A DNA stretch of 64,000 nucleotides from Squalus acanthias. Taxonomy: Eukaryota. The translations under genes and the position numbers were made by a program. Location of the stretch: contig JASTWF010000110.1 in the NCBI GenBank assembly GCA_030390025.1, forward strand, positions 372,001 to 436,000. The letters run 5' to 3'. The notes under the pieces were generated by a model that saw nothing but the letters and a program-made list of their open reading frames with translations, had not been told where the DNA came from and did no database searches. Below are positions 24,935 to 36,999 of the stretch, one piece after another (within the stretch, counting starts at the first letter, position 1; every line of letters begins with the position of its first letter).

Positions 24935-25093
24935 TCAGCTCAGGCGCTTCCCCCTCTCCCCCTTCTGTACAAAAGCATAGACGCTCTCTAGAGGGCCCTC
25001 TCTCGTGTCGGGTGCTGGTGCTGGTGGGTTTCTGGACTCAGGCCACTGTAGAAGGGATTACATGAGCTCACCATTCGTTGTCGACTCCCGACC
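24935..25093 (-). CDS. Exon 5: terminal cytoplasmic exon with two ITIM-like positions, interrupted by in-frame TAA at 25060-25058
   Basis: Acceptor ccttttctgttctgtgcag, phase 0; reads GRESTTNGELM*SLLQWPESRNPPAPAPDTREGPLESVYAFVQKGERGKRLS* (final TGA 24937-24935). Confidence 0.75.
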
Positions 25094-25304
25094 CTGCACA
25101 GAACAGAAAAGGGCAGCTTAGAAAATGTGAAAGTAAAAAGGCCGAGAAAACTGTTGAAAAGGCACAACAGGGCAGTCAGCGTCTAAAGCGGGAAAGATAG
25201 GTTACTGCTTCAGTTAACGTTTCATCTTTCAGAACCTCGGATGTGGAAAGTTTTCCGACAAACGGGTGCAAAATGGCTCAGCTTTTGTCTGTCTGTGCCT
25301 GTGA

Positions 25305-25872
25305 GAAACATTCGGAACAGGAGGAGGCCAGTCAGCCCCTCGAGCCTGCTCCACAAATTTAGTTAGATCATGGCTGATCTGCACCTCAACTCCAATTCGG
25401 TCGATACCCTTACCCAACAATAATCTATCGATCTCCGTCTTGAAAGCTCCAATCGTCCCCCAGCAACCACAGCCTTTTGGGGGAGAGAGTTCCAGAATTC
25501 TACTACCCTGTGTGTGAAACAGTGCTCCCTGATTTAATTCCTCAACGGCCTGCCTCTAATTTTAAGATTATGTCCCCTCGTTCTTGATTCTCCCCACCAG
25601 AGGAAGTAGTTTCTCTATATCTTCCCTACCGAATCCATTTATCATTTTAAAGACTTCAATCAGATCTACCCCAGAGAGCTGTGGAGGCGGAGTCATTGAA
25701 TGTAGTCAAGGCAGAGATAGACATATATTTGAGCTACAGGGGAGTCGAGGGTTATGGACAGCAGGCGGGAAAGTGGCGCTGAGGCCAAGATCAGATCAGC
25801 CATGATCTTATTGAATGGCGGGGCAGGCTCAAGGGGCCAAATGGCCTAATCCTGCTCCTGTTTCTTATGTTC
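25305..25872. mobile_element. Two CR1 3' fragments back to back (minus 25305-25660, plus 25665-25872)
   Basis: CR1 3' UTR motifs on opposite strands. Confidence 0.75.
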
Positions 25873-26139
25873 AGCCCTCAATCTTCTATACGTGAAGGAG
25901 AGTTGGATGTCCGGATTTTCCGTTGCAGCGTTCCTGGTACCACCAAGAGTGCATTTTGGAAAATTCTGCAACCTCCGACCTGTGATTTTCCAACCAACAA
26001 TTGCAATGGCCAGAAAACCATAGGCTGATAGCGCAGAATTCCCGGGGAGTGTCCCAGGAGTGCTGAAGTAGAGCATCTGGTCCAGATAGGCTACAGAAAC
26101 CAAGTTAAAGACCTGCGCACCATCAAGAACCATTGAGGT

Positions 26140-26580
26140 TTACAGCACAGGAGGAGGCCATTCAGCCCCTCATGCCTGTGCTGGCTCTTTTGAAAGAGCG
26201 GTCCAATTAGTTCCACTCCCCCGCTTTTCCCCCATAGCCCTGCAAATCTTTCCTTTTCAAGTATATATCCAATTCCCTTTTGAAAGTCACTATTTAATAT
26301 TGCTTCCAGTGCCCTTTCAGGCAGGGCATTCCAGTGCAAAACAACTTGCTGCATACAAAGAATTTCTGCTCATCTCCCCTCTGGTTCTTTTGCCAATTAT
26401 CTTAAATCTGTGTCCTCTGGTTGCCGCCCCTCCCACCAGTGTAAACAGTTTCTCCTTACTTATGCTATGGAAACCCCATATAATTTTGAACGCCTCCATT
26501 AAATCTCCCCTTAACCTTCTCTGCTCCAAGGACAACAATCCCAGCTTCTCTAGTCTGTCCACATAACTGAAGTCCCTCAT
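26140..26580 (-). mobile_element. CR1 3' fragment
   Basis: SYVDRLEKLGLLSLEQRRLRGDL...TRGHRFK. Confidence 0.85.
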
Positions 26581-26982
26581 CCACAATTCTCCAGGCGTTA
26601 TCCCGGTACTGGTAACTGGAAAAAAAAAAGGCATTTGGGATTGGTTTATTTCATCTGGACCGTCTCATAGTAAGTCAGACATGTGTGGGCGGAATTTTAA
26701 CCAAAGTTGCCGAGCGGGACTCACACGAGATCGGGTGGAACATCAGTTTTACACCCCGCCCAATATTACTCTCCACTGACTTCAACAGGGAGCAAAATCG
26801 AGTGGGGTATAAAACCAACATTGCTCCCAGTCCCGTCAGCTTCCCGATGGGCGGGTTAGGTTAAAATTGCCCCTTAGGAGAATCGGGCCCCCGCGGGGAG
26901 GAAGGGTCACATTTGCCGAAATTGATATTGTTTATTTTTTTGACAAGGCATCTCGACTCCGGCTAACCCACTCCCTTCTTAC

Positions 26983-27062
26983 CTCAGCCAAGTCCTGCCT
27001 CGTTCCTTCCATTGGCGGAACAGACGCTTCCATGGCAACTGAATCGTGTCGTGGGCGACAAC
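26983..27062 (-). CDS. Exon 4: first cytoplasmic exon
   Basis: Acceptor gttttaattcag, 80 nt, phase 1-0, donor GAG/gtaaga; reads GCRPRHDSVAMEASVPPMEGTRQDLAE in frame with exon 3. Confidence 0.75.
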
Positions 27063-27639
27063 CTGAATTAAAACATGCAGACAGGAAGAGAATTTCTTGC
27101 ATCACGTGTGAATGATGAAACTTCAAAGCTATTTAAAGCGTGATAAAGACACTACTGTATAAGGAGACGGCAGAAACAGACAACAGCACGACCCCGCTAA
27201 TACTTTTTAATTGGTCACCGCAAGCTCCAATTTTGTATTCGGTAATTGGACTTATGTTAATTTCTTTCAGCTAAGGAGAGTATCACCTGAGAAACTGACC
27301 AGTTATCAATTACAGACACCAAAGCCCCAATCCCTGGCTTTACATGGACAGTTAAAAGTTAAAAATTTGTCCGATATAAAGAAGTGAGACAAAGTCCAGC
27401 CAGACTGCAAGAACTTCCATGAGGTCCAATAAAGAATTTGGTGCAAACTCTGTTAAACATTTTCTAAGATCCGTTGTGCATACATTGTTTGAAGACATAC
27501 CACAATTGGAGAGAATTCAGATATCCCATAATTATAGCTTAATGTTCCCTGCCAACTATCTTTGCTGGTGTAATTCTTCTGCAGCAATTTTTCAGTAGCA
27601 GTGCCACACACTTTGTAAATGTGCAAACCCATCGTGCCT

Positions 27640-27845
27640 AGTAGTGTAAATCAATAGTTCACATCCCGTAGTTGTGCAAATCAATGGTTCATGTCCAGTC
27701 GTGGTGTACATCAACAGTTTGCACCCAGTAGTGGTGCAAATAAATAGTTCATATCTAGTCATCGTGCAAATCAATGGTTTGTGTGGAGTAGTCATGTAAT
27801 CCAATGGTTCATGTCCAGTAGTCATGTAAATCAATGGTTCATGTC
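27640..27845. repeat. Degenerate 30-bp tandem repeat, about 7 copies
   Basis: Consensus gtagtcatgtaaatcaatggttcatgtcca. Confidence 0.8.
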
Positions 27846-28134
27846 TATTCTGTTTTGTTTAGTTTAGAATGGTTAAGGTCTCCCTTCAACTAACAGATAG
27901 AGGACTATCTTACCAATGCCCTAAGTGTTCATTCCCCTAATATCCAAAACCGTAATTTCAAGGCTTCTCTCTCATTTCTTTAAGACTCACTCCCCCTACC
28001 TACAAGCCCAAGATACAACGCATCGGTCTATCATTGAATGCCAGCTCACACTGAAGTGTATTAGCTGGTGGCCACTGGTGAAATGAGGCAGATCACTAAC
28101 TGCACCGGTAGTTAAACCACCACAGCATCTGTTC

Positions 28135-28440
28135 AACAACAACAACTTGTATTCATATAGCGTCTTTAATGCAGTAAAACATCCCCAGGGGCTTCACAGG
28201 AGTGTTATAAAACAAAATTTGACACCGAGTCACATAAGGAGATATTAGGACAGATGACCAAAAGCTTGGTCAAAGAGGTGGGTTTTAAGGAGCGCCTGCA
28301 AGGAGGAGAGAGAGGTAGAGAGGCGGAGAGGTTTAGGGAGGGAATTCCAGAGTTTAGGGCCTAGGCAGCTGAAGGCACGGCCACCAATGGTTGAGCGATT
28401 AAAATCGGGGATGCTCAAGAGGGCAGAATTCGAGGAGCGT
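28135..28440 (-). mobile_element. LINE2 3' end
   Basis: caacaacaacaacttgtattcatatagcg... antisense of the L2 tail at 7090-7390. Confidence 0.85.
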
Positions 28441-29013
28441 GCAGTTGGTCCATGCGTTCATCGTTCAACATCAGTCCACTCTCAGACCATCATCCCGACC
28501 CTTCCTCCTTTCCTTATAGGTGTCGAGCTGGAAAGGGAGCCCTCTATCCCACCTAGTGACACTCAGGGAGCCAATGGGGAGAAGGGCATCCCGAGGAGCC
28601 GCATATCAGATGATCATCTGAGGTTGGAGTGAAGGACAGGAGGAGGATGGGGGCAGTGCAGGAGCTGAATGTCCCTCACTCCCCACCCCACGGGCTGAGT
28701 AAATGCTCCAGAATGGCAGTCGGCTCATTCGGTGACCTGACCTGTGACTTTAACTGTGGGCGATAGTGTAAAATCGGCAGTACTGAATTAGCTGCCCATT
28801 ATATGCCCTGACGATCTTCCTTTCCATTGAACTCAACAGAAGTGAAAATCGAACGGGAGGCCAATTTGATATCGTCCATTATAGACCATCACCCAAAGTT
28901 AAAATTAGCCCCATTTGACTAACTGGAGCCACGATTGGCACTTTCCGCCCCTCCGCAGTTTGCCAATAATCATTCACTGTGGTAAGTTCTACTCACCAAG
29001 AGCAGCCACTTAC

Positions 29014-29205
29014 CTCTGTGTGTTTTGGTCGCCAATAGGCACAAGCAGATGGCGAGGACAATGAGGAGGCACACAGCAGCAGGGACACCAATAGACATGG
29101 CAGCTGAAGGCACGGCCACCAATGGTTGAGCGATTAAAATCGGGGAGGGTGTTGTGTTGTTCTGTGTTGACCCTGAAACACTTGGGGCAGTAGGATTCTC
29201 GCTGT
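29014..29205 (-). CDS. Exon 3: Ser/Thr/Pro stalk plus transmembrane helix
   Basis: Acceptor gttttgttacag, 192 nt, phase 1-1, donor G/gtaagt. Reads DSENPTAPSVSGSTQNNTTPSPILIAQPLVAVPSAAMSIGVPAAVCLLIVLAICLCLLATKTHR: hydrophobic span followed by basic residues. Confidence 0.85.
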
Positions 29206-29413
29206 CTGTAACAAAACACTTGGATTATTCTAATAACTGGAGCCAAAACTGGAAATGACTAACAGTAGGCCTATTGGCAATGACATCATTTATAGTTAGA
29301 CCCTATTAACGTTGGAAAATTGGAGTTCATTCGGTTAAGTAAACACGGTGGGATGAAATTGGACATGGGCAGTGCGCAAAATGGGCAGTATCTCATCAGT
29401 AGCCCGTTATATC

Positions 29414-32400
29414 GTGCTGAGGACATCGTGGATAGCATGTTTAGGGAGTTGGTCACACCGCAGATAAAGGCTGCACAGGCAGGAAGGGAATGGGTGACCA
29501 CCAGGCAGAGTAGTAGGCACAGGCAGGTAGTGCAGGGGTCCCCTGTGGCCATCCCCCTCTCAAACAGATATACCGCTTTGGATATTGTTGGGGGAGATGG
29601 CTTATCGGGGGAAGGCAGTAGTAGCCAACTTCCTGGCACCGTGGGTGGTACTGCTGCACAGTATGGGAGGAAAAAGTGTGGGAGAGCTACAGTGATAGGG
29701 GATTCTATTGTAAGGAGAATAGATAGGCATTTCTGCAGCTGCAAACGAGACTCCAGGATGGTATGTTGCCTCCCTGGTGCAAGGGTCAAGGATGTCTTGG
29801 AGTGGCTGCAGGGCATTCTGGAGCTGTCGTGGTGCATATAGGTACCAACGATATAGGTAAAAAATGGGATGAGGTCCTAAAAGCTGAATATAGGGAGTTA
29901 GGTGGTAAATTAAAAGTAGGATCTCAAAGGTAGTAATCTCAGGATTGCTACCAGTGCCACATGCTAGTCAGAGTAGAAATAGAAGGATATTTCAGATGAA
30001 TACGTGGTGAGAGGAATGGTGCAAGGGGGAGGGATTCAAATTCCTGGGACATTGGAACAGGTTCTGGGGGAGGTGGGACCAGTACAAACTGGACGGTTTG
30101 CACCTGGGCAGGACCGGGACCAATGTCCTCGGGGGAGTGTTTGCTAGTGCTGTTGGGGAGGATTTAAACTAAAATGGCAGGGGGTTGGGAACCTGTGCAG
30201 GGAAACAGAGGAAAGGGAAGCAAGGATAGAAGCAAAAGACAGGAAGGAGAAAAGCAAAAGTGGAAGGCAGAGAAATTAAGGATGTAAATCAAACAGGGCC
30301 ACAGTAAATAATAATTCTAAAAAGACTAAGAGTGTTAAAAAAACAAGCCTGAAGGCTTTGTCTCTTAATGCAAGGAACATTTGTAATAAGGTGGATGAAT
30401 TAGCTGCGCAAATAGATGTAAACGGATATGATATAATTGGGATTACGGAGACATGGCTCCAGGGTGACCAAGGCTGGGAATTCAACATCCAGGGGTATTC
30501 AATATTCAGGAAGGACAGACAAAAAGGAAAAGGAGGTGGGGTAGCATTGCTGGTTAAAGAGGAGATTAACACAATAGTAAGGAAGGATATTAGCTCTGAT
30601 GATGTGGAATCTGTATGGGTAGAGCTGAGAAATACCAAGGGGCAGAAAATGTTAGTGGTAGTTATATACAGACCGCCAAACAGTAATGCTGAAGTTGGGG
30701 ATGGCATTAAACGGGCAATTAGAGACGCGTGCAATAAGGGCACAGCAGTTATCATGGGTGACTTTAATCTACATATAGGTTGGGCTAACCAAATTAGTAA
30801 CAATACTGTGGAGGAGGAATTCCTTGAGTGTATACGGGATAGTTTCCTGGACCAATATTTCAGGGAACCAACTAGAGATCAGGCCATCTTAGACTGGGTA
30901 TTATGTAATGAGAAAGGATTGATTAGCAATCTTGTTGTGCGAGTGTTTGCTAGTGCTGTTGGGGAGGGTTTAAACTAAAATGGCAGGGGGTTGGGAACCT
31001 GTGCAGGGAAAAAGAGGAAAGGGAAGCAAGGATAGAAGCAAAAGACAGGAAGGAGAAAAGCAAAAGTGGAAGGCAGAGAAATCAAGGATGTAAATCAAAC
31101 AGGGCCACAGTAAATAATAATTCTAAAAAGACTAAGGGGTAAAAATTCACTTGGTTGCGCCTCCCGTTAGCGCCTTAAGAGGGCGCTAATGGGGCGCAAA
31201 GCCGCTAACGCCCGGGCGCAGCGATGTTTGCGCCGCTCGAGAACTTAACTTGAGATTGTGCGGCGGCGCTAAAACTTACCGCTGCGACCACCTGCGCGCG
31301 CAGATTGTGACGTCATTCCATGGTGCAACGCCCTTGTGGCGCCCCGTAGCGGAAATTGAGTGGCGCCCCCTGCCTTACCGCCTGGCGCATCCAACGACCA
31401 GAAGACTGGAACGCTATCAATCGCTGTGGGGCTGGGGGGGGCGCTATTTAAAGGGGGCCTCTTCCTGTCTTTTATTGTTGGTGGCATTTTTGAACTACGC
31501 ATTCTGAGAGAGAGAGGGAGAGACTTCTGGAGAGATTCAACGTTGTGTGAAGGAGTTTTGGGTACTGAGCAGCACTTTGCAGGTTCATTTTGATTTGCCA
31601 TTCCTTGTATCGATTTAGCAGAGACTGTGGGAGCTGCACTCTGAGCTCTTTGCCTGGTACTCTCCATTGTTCTTTCCAGCACATTTGATGTGCAAGTCTC
31701 TCCAGGCCGAGATTCAAGGCAGCAATGAACAGGATGTGGATGGAAAGCAAGATTAACCATCCCCTTTAAGAACTGGCCCGTGCCATTGTGTGTGTGTTCC
31801 ATTGCTGACTGACATTACATGAGCTTCGCCAGCGCTCCGAGTTAGCGCCTCACTGCTCAGCCTTTGCGCCTTAAGAGAGGTGTGCAGCGCCTGCTTTAGC
31901 GCTCCACTCACCTCCCGGGGCGGTAAAAGTGAAGTTTCCTGTCAGTGCCGATAATTAGCGCCAGGCGCTAATATTTGCGTCCGGACGATATTTGCGCCCC
32001 AAATGGGGCGCGACCTAATTTCTACCCCTTTGTCTCTTAATGCAAGGAGCATTTGTAATAAGGTGGATGAATTAGCTGTGCAAATAGATGTAAACGGATA
32101 TGATATAATTGGGAATACGGAGACATGGCTCCAGGGTGACCAAGGCTGGGAATTCAACATCCAGGGGTATTCAATATTCAGGAAGGACAGACAAAAAGGA
32201 AAAGGAGGTGGGGTAGCATTGCTGGTTAAAGAGGAGATTAACACAATAGTAAGGAAGGATATTAGCTCTGATGATGTGGAATCTGTATGGGTAGAGCTCA
32301 GAAATACCAAGGGGCAGAAAACATTAGTGGGAGTTATATACAGACCCCCAAACAGTAATGCTGAAGTTGGGGATGGCATTAAATGGGAAATTAGAGACGC

Positions 32401-34900
32401 GTGCAATAAGGGCACAGCAGTTATCATGGGTGACTTTAATCTACATATAGGTTGGGCTAACCAAATTAGTAACAATACTGTGGAGGAGGAATTCCTAGAG
32501 TGTATACGGGATGGTTTCCTGGACCAATATGTCGAGGAACCAACTAGAGATCAGGCCATCTTAGACTGCGTATTATGTAATGACAAAGGATTAATTAGCA
32601 ATCTTGTTGTGCGAGGCCCCTTGGGGAGGAGCGATCATAATATGATAGAATTCTTCATTAAGATGGAGAGTGAAGTAGTTGACTCAGGGACTAGGGTCCT
32701 GAATTTAATTTAAGGAAACTACGATAGTATGAGGCGCGAGTTGGCTAGATTGGATTGGGGAACGTTTCTTAAAGGGTTGACGGTGGACAGCCAATGGCAA
32801 ACATTTAAAGATCGCATTGATGAACTGCAGAACTTGTTCATCCCTGTCTGGCATAAAAATAAAACAAAAAAGGTGGCGCAACCGTGGCTAACAAGGGAAA
32901 TTAGGGATAGCATAAGATCCAAGGAGAGGACATATAAATTGGCCAGAAAAAGCAGCAAACCTGAGGATTGGGAGCAGCTTAGGATTCAGCAAAGGAGGAG
33001 AAAGGGATTAATTAAGAGGGGGAAAATAGAGGATGAGAGTAAGCTTGCAGGGAACATAAAAACTGACTGTAAAACCTTCTATAGATATGTGAAGAGAAAA
33101 AGATTGGTGAAGTCAAGCATAGGTCCCTTGCAGTCAGAATCAGGGGAATTTATAATGGGGAACAAAGAAATGGAGGACCAATTAAATACATACTTTGGTT
33201 CTGTCTTCACAAAGGAGGACACAAATAACCTCCCAGAGATGTCGGGGAACATAGGGTCTAATGAGAGGGAGGAACTGAATGCAATCAGTATTTGTAGGGA
33301 AATGGTGTTAGGGAAATTGACGGGATTGAAGGCCGATAAATGCCCAGGGCCTGATAATCTACATCCTAGGGTACTTAAGGAAGTGGCCCTAGAAATAGTA
33401 GATGCATTACTGGTCATCTTCCAAAATTCTATAGACTCTGGCACAGTTCCTATGGATTGGAGGGTAGCTAATGTAACCCCACTATTTAAAAAAGGTGGTA
33501 GAGAGAAAACGGGGAATTATAGACCGACATCGGTAGTGGGGAAAATGCTAGAATCCATTATAAAAGATGTAATAACAGAGCACTTGGAAAACAGTGACAG
33601 GATCGAACAAAGTCGACATGGATTTACAAAAGGTAAATCGTGCTTGACTGATCTACTGGAATTTTTTGAGGATGTAACTGGTAGAATAGATAAGGGAGAA
33701 CCAGTGGATGTGGTGTATTTGGACTTTCAGAAGGCTTTTGATAAGGTTCCGCATAAGAGATTAGCATGCAAAGTTAAAGCACATGGGATTGGGGGTAAGA
33801 TACTGACTTGGATAGAGAACTGGTTGGCAGGCAGGAAGCAAAGTGTTGGAATAAACGGGTCTTTTTCCGAGTGGCAGGCAGTGACTAGTGGGGTACCACA
33901 GGGATTGGTGCTAGGACCCCAGCTATTCACAATATATATTAATGATCTGGACGAGGGTACTAGATGTAATATCTCCAAGTTTGCAGACGACACAAAGCTG
34001 GGTGGGCGTGTGTGCTGGGAGGAGGATGCAGAGAAACTCCAGTATGATTTGGACAGGTTGGGTGATTGGGCAGATGCATGGCAGATGCAGTATAATGTGG
34101 ATAAATGCGAGGTTATCCACTTTGGTGGCAAAAACAGGAAGGCAGATTATTATCTGAACGGCAATAGATTGGGAGAAGGGGAAGTGCAACGAGCCTGGGT
34201 GTCCTTGTGCACCAGTCGCTGAAGGTAAGCATGCAGGTGCAGCAGGCGGTTAAGAAGGCAAATGGTATGTTGGCCTTCATAGCGAGAGGATTCGAGTACA
34301 GGAGCAAGGATGTCTTGCTGCAGTTGTACAAGGTCTTGGTGAGACCACACCTTGAGTATTGTGTGCAGTTTTGGTCGCCTTATCTGAGGAAGGATGTTCT
34401 TGCCATGGAGGGAGTGCAGCGAAGATTCACCAGACTGATACCTGGGATGGCATGAATGACGTATGAGGAGAGATTGGGTCGATTGGGCTTATATTCGCTG
34501 GAGTTTAGAAGAATGAGAGGGGATCTCATTGAAACTTATAAAATTCTAACAGGACTAGACAGACTAGATGCAGGAAGGATGTTCCCGATGGCGGGGGAGT
34601 CCAGAACCAGGGGTCACAGTCTAAGGATAAGGGGTAAGCCATTTAGGACTGAGATGAGGAGGAATTTCTTCACCCAGAGAGTGGTGAACCTGTGGAATTC
34701 TCTACCACAGAAGGCAGTTGAGGCCAATTCATTAAATATATTCAAGAAGGAGTTTGATATATTTCTTAAGGCTAAAGGGATCAAGGGATATGGGGAGAAA
34801 GCAGGAACAGGGTACTGAATTTGGATGATCAGCCATGATCTCATTAAATGGCAGAGCAGGCTCGAGGGGCTGAATGGCCTACTCCTGCTCCTATCTTCTG
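29414..34900 (+). mobile_element. Near full-length CR1 (ORF1 SGNH esterase, ORF2 APE endonuclease + RT) with internal duplication and MITE
   Basis: ORF1 VIGDSIVR...VCCLPGARVKD; endonuclease LNARS, GITETWL, MGDFN, SDH; RT 32729-34222; same young family as 1-2406 and 62056-64000. Confidence 0.95.
31136..32028. mobile_element. GC-rich Harbinger-type MITE (family B relative)
   Basis: TIRs ggggtaaaaatt / aatttctacccc; left end is reverse-complement similar to 9590-9663; about 27 bp of host CR1 is missing at the site and no TSD is visible. Confidence 0.8.
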
Positions 34901-34934
34901 TTATATGCCCGATACTCAGTGCTGTTGACTTTAA

Positions 34935-36155
34935 TTGCACCTTCCCCAGTGCCTCTATATCCTTTTTATAATACAGAGACCAGATCTGTTCACTGTACTC
35001 CAAGTGTGGTCTAACCAAGGTTCTATACATGTTTAACATAATTTCTCTGCTTTTCCATTCTATCCCTCTCGGAATGAGCCCCAGTGCTTTGTTTGCTTTT
35101 TTATGGCCTTATTAACCTGTGTTGCTACTTTTAGTGATCTGTGTATCTGTACCCACAGATCACTCTGCTCTGCTACCCCATTTCAACACTTATTTTCCAA
35201 GCAGTATGTGGCCTCCTTATTCTTCCCACCAAAATATATTACCTCGCACTTATCTATATTGAAGTTCATTTGCCAATTACACGCCCATTCTGCAAGTTTA
35301 TTAATGTGTTCCTGTATTTTGTCGCAGTCCTCCTCTACATTAACTATACCCTCAATTTGGTGTCATCCACAAATTTTGAAATTTTACTTCTGATTCCAAA
35401 TCGTTTATGTAAATGGTGAACAACAGTGGTCCCAGCACCGATCCTTGTAGAACACCACTTCGTCTGAGCAACTACCTTAAACCCCTATTCTCTGTTTTCT
35501 GTTTTGTAACCAGCTTGCTATCCATTCTGCTACCTGTCCCCTGACTCCACTGTTCTGACTTTAATCATGAGTCTACTATGCGATACAAAACCTTGGTTAG
35601 ATCACACCTGGAGTACTGTGAGCAATTCTGTGCACCACACCTTAGGAAGGATATATTGGCCTCAGAGGGAGTGCAGCGTAGGTTTAGCAGAATGATACCC
35701 GGACTTCAAGGGTTAAGTTATGAGGATAGATTACACAAATTAGGGTTGTATTCCCTGGAATTTAGACGGTTAAGGGGTGATCTGATCGAAGTTTTCAGGA
35801 TATTAAGGGGAACAAATAGGGCAAATAGAGAGAAACTATTTCCGCTGGTTGGGGTTTCTAAGACTAGGGGGCATAGTCTAAAAATTAGAGCCAGACCTTT
35901 CAGGAGTGAAATTAGGAAACACTTCGACATACAAAGGGTGGTAGAAGTTTGGAACTCTCTTCCGCAAATGGCAATTGATGCTGGGTCAATTGTTAATTTC
36001 AAATCAGAGATTGAAAGCTTTTTGTTAACCAAAGGTATTAAGAGATATGGGCCAAAGGCGGGTATATGGAGTTAGATCACAGATCAGCCATGATCTCATT
36101 GAATGACGGAACAGGCTCGAGGGGCTGAATGGCCTCCTCCTGTTCCTATGTTCCT
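34935..36155. mobile_element. CR1 fragments: minus 34935-35578, plus 35580-36155
   Basis: RPHLEY motif on both strands; the plus copy ends in ttcctatgttcct. Confidence 0.85.
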
Positions 36156-36239
36156 AATCAAAGGCCTTTTGGAAATTTAAATAGTTAAATGAATTCTCCT
36201 GTATCCCATGAGCTAAATAATCAGACTGTGAATTCCTAC

Positions 36240-36629
36240 CTGTCCCGGAATAGACTGTTAACGTCACATTGCCTTTACTGGCTGTGTCCCCAGCACTGCA
36301 AACAGTTATCACATACACGCCGCTGTCACTGGGCTCCAGATCCCGCAGCAACAAGGATCCATTCTCTGGGTAGATGTGGACTCTCCCTCTGTGGGAAGGA
36401 GCGACCCGCTGGTAATCTGAACAGGTATAACCGGGTCTGTCAGGGTCTGGAGAGCAGTTTGATCGGGTCAGTATCACTAATGGAGTGTCTCCGGGGAATA
36501 AAGTCCACTCTATCCTTAAAGTGGAGTAGGGAGTGGGTGTGGAGTAGGAGCCAAGGAGAAGGACAGACTGGTTCACGGTCCCGTTCACTTCTCTCTGACC
36601 GACGCTCACAGTAACATTGCTTCCAGAGG
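36240..36629 (-). CDS. Exon 2: Ig V-set domain, HEPACAM/CEACAM-N/CD2-like (no B-F disulfide)
   Basis: Acceptor ttttattttgttgcag, 390 nt, phase 1-1, donor G/gtagga. Translation has V-frame hallmarks VNGTVNQSVLL, IEW, RGRVHIYPENGSLLLRDLEPSDSGVYVITV, NVTLTV; several N-glycosylation sequons. Confidence 0.92.
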
Positions 36630-36999
36630 CTGCAACAAAATAAAAAAAATAAATGAGTTTCCAATCACATTATGCAGTGTTATCCCATCAGTAAGTTAAA
36701 TTCTAAACACCCGGCTTTTCAGAAAGAGAAACAGAGAAGGTCCGAGACAGTCAGAAGGTCAGGCAGCGTCGGTGGAGAGATCGCGAGTCAGTCGCCGTTT
36801 CAGCTATTGACCCTGCCTCATGACTGAGAGATATTACAGATAGTACAGCACTTAAAAAGGAACAGCACAAAGGAAGGAGGAGAGGGGGGGGAAACACAAT
36901 AACCCACACACAGGAAAAGTAATAGAATCAGTATTGCCAACCTCACCGCCTCATAATTCAAGAGACAAACTCTTAAAAAAAATTAAAATCTGACTTGGG

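Noticed and set aside
30276-34350. Antisense ORFs over CR1 copies (and over Penelope at 52170-53399)
   Set aside because: Shadow frames of retroelement coding sequence with no independent features.
36240-36629. Rearranging Ig/TCR/IgNAR V segment
   Set aside because: No canonical Cys pair, includes its own G strand, ends in a splice donor and has no recombination signal sequence.
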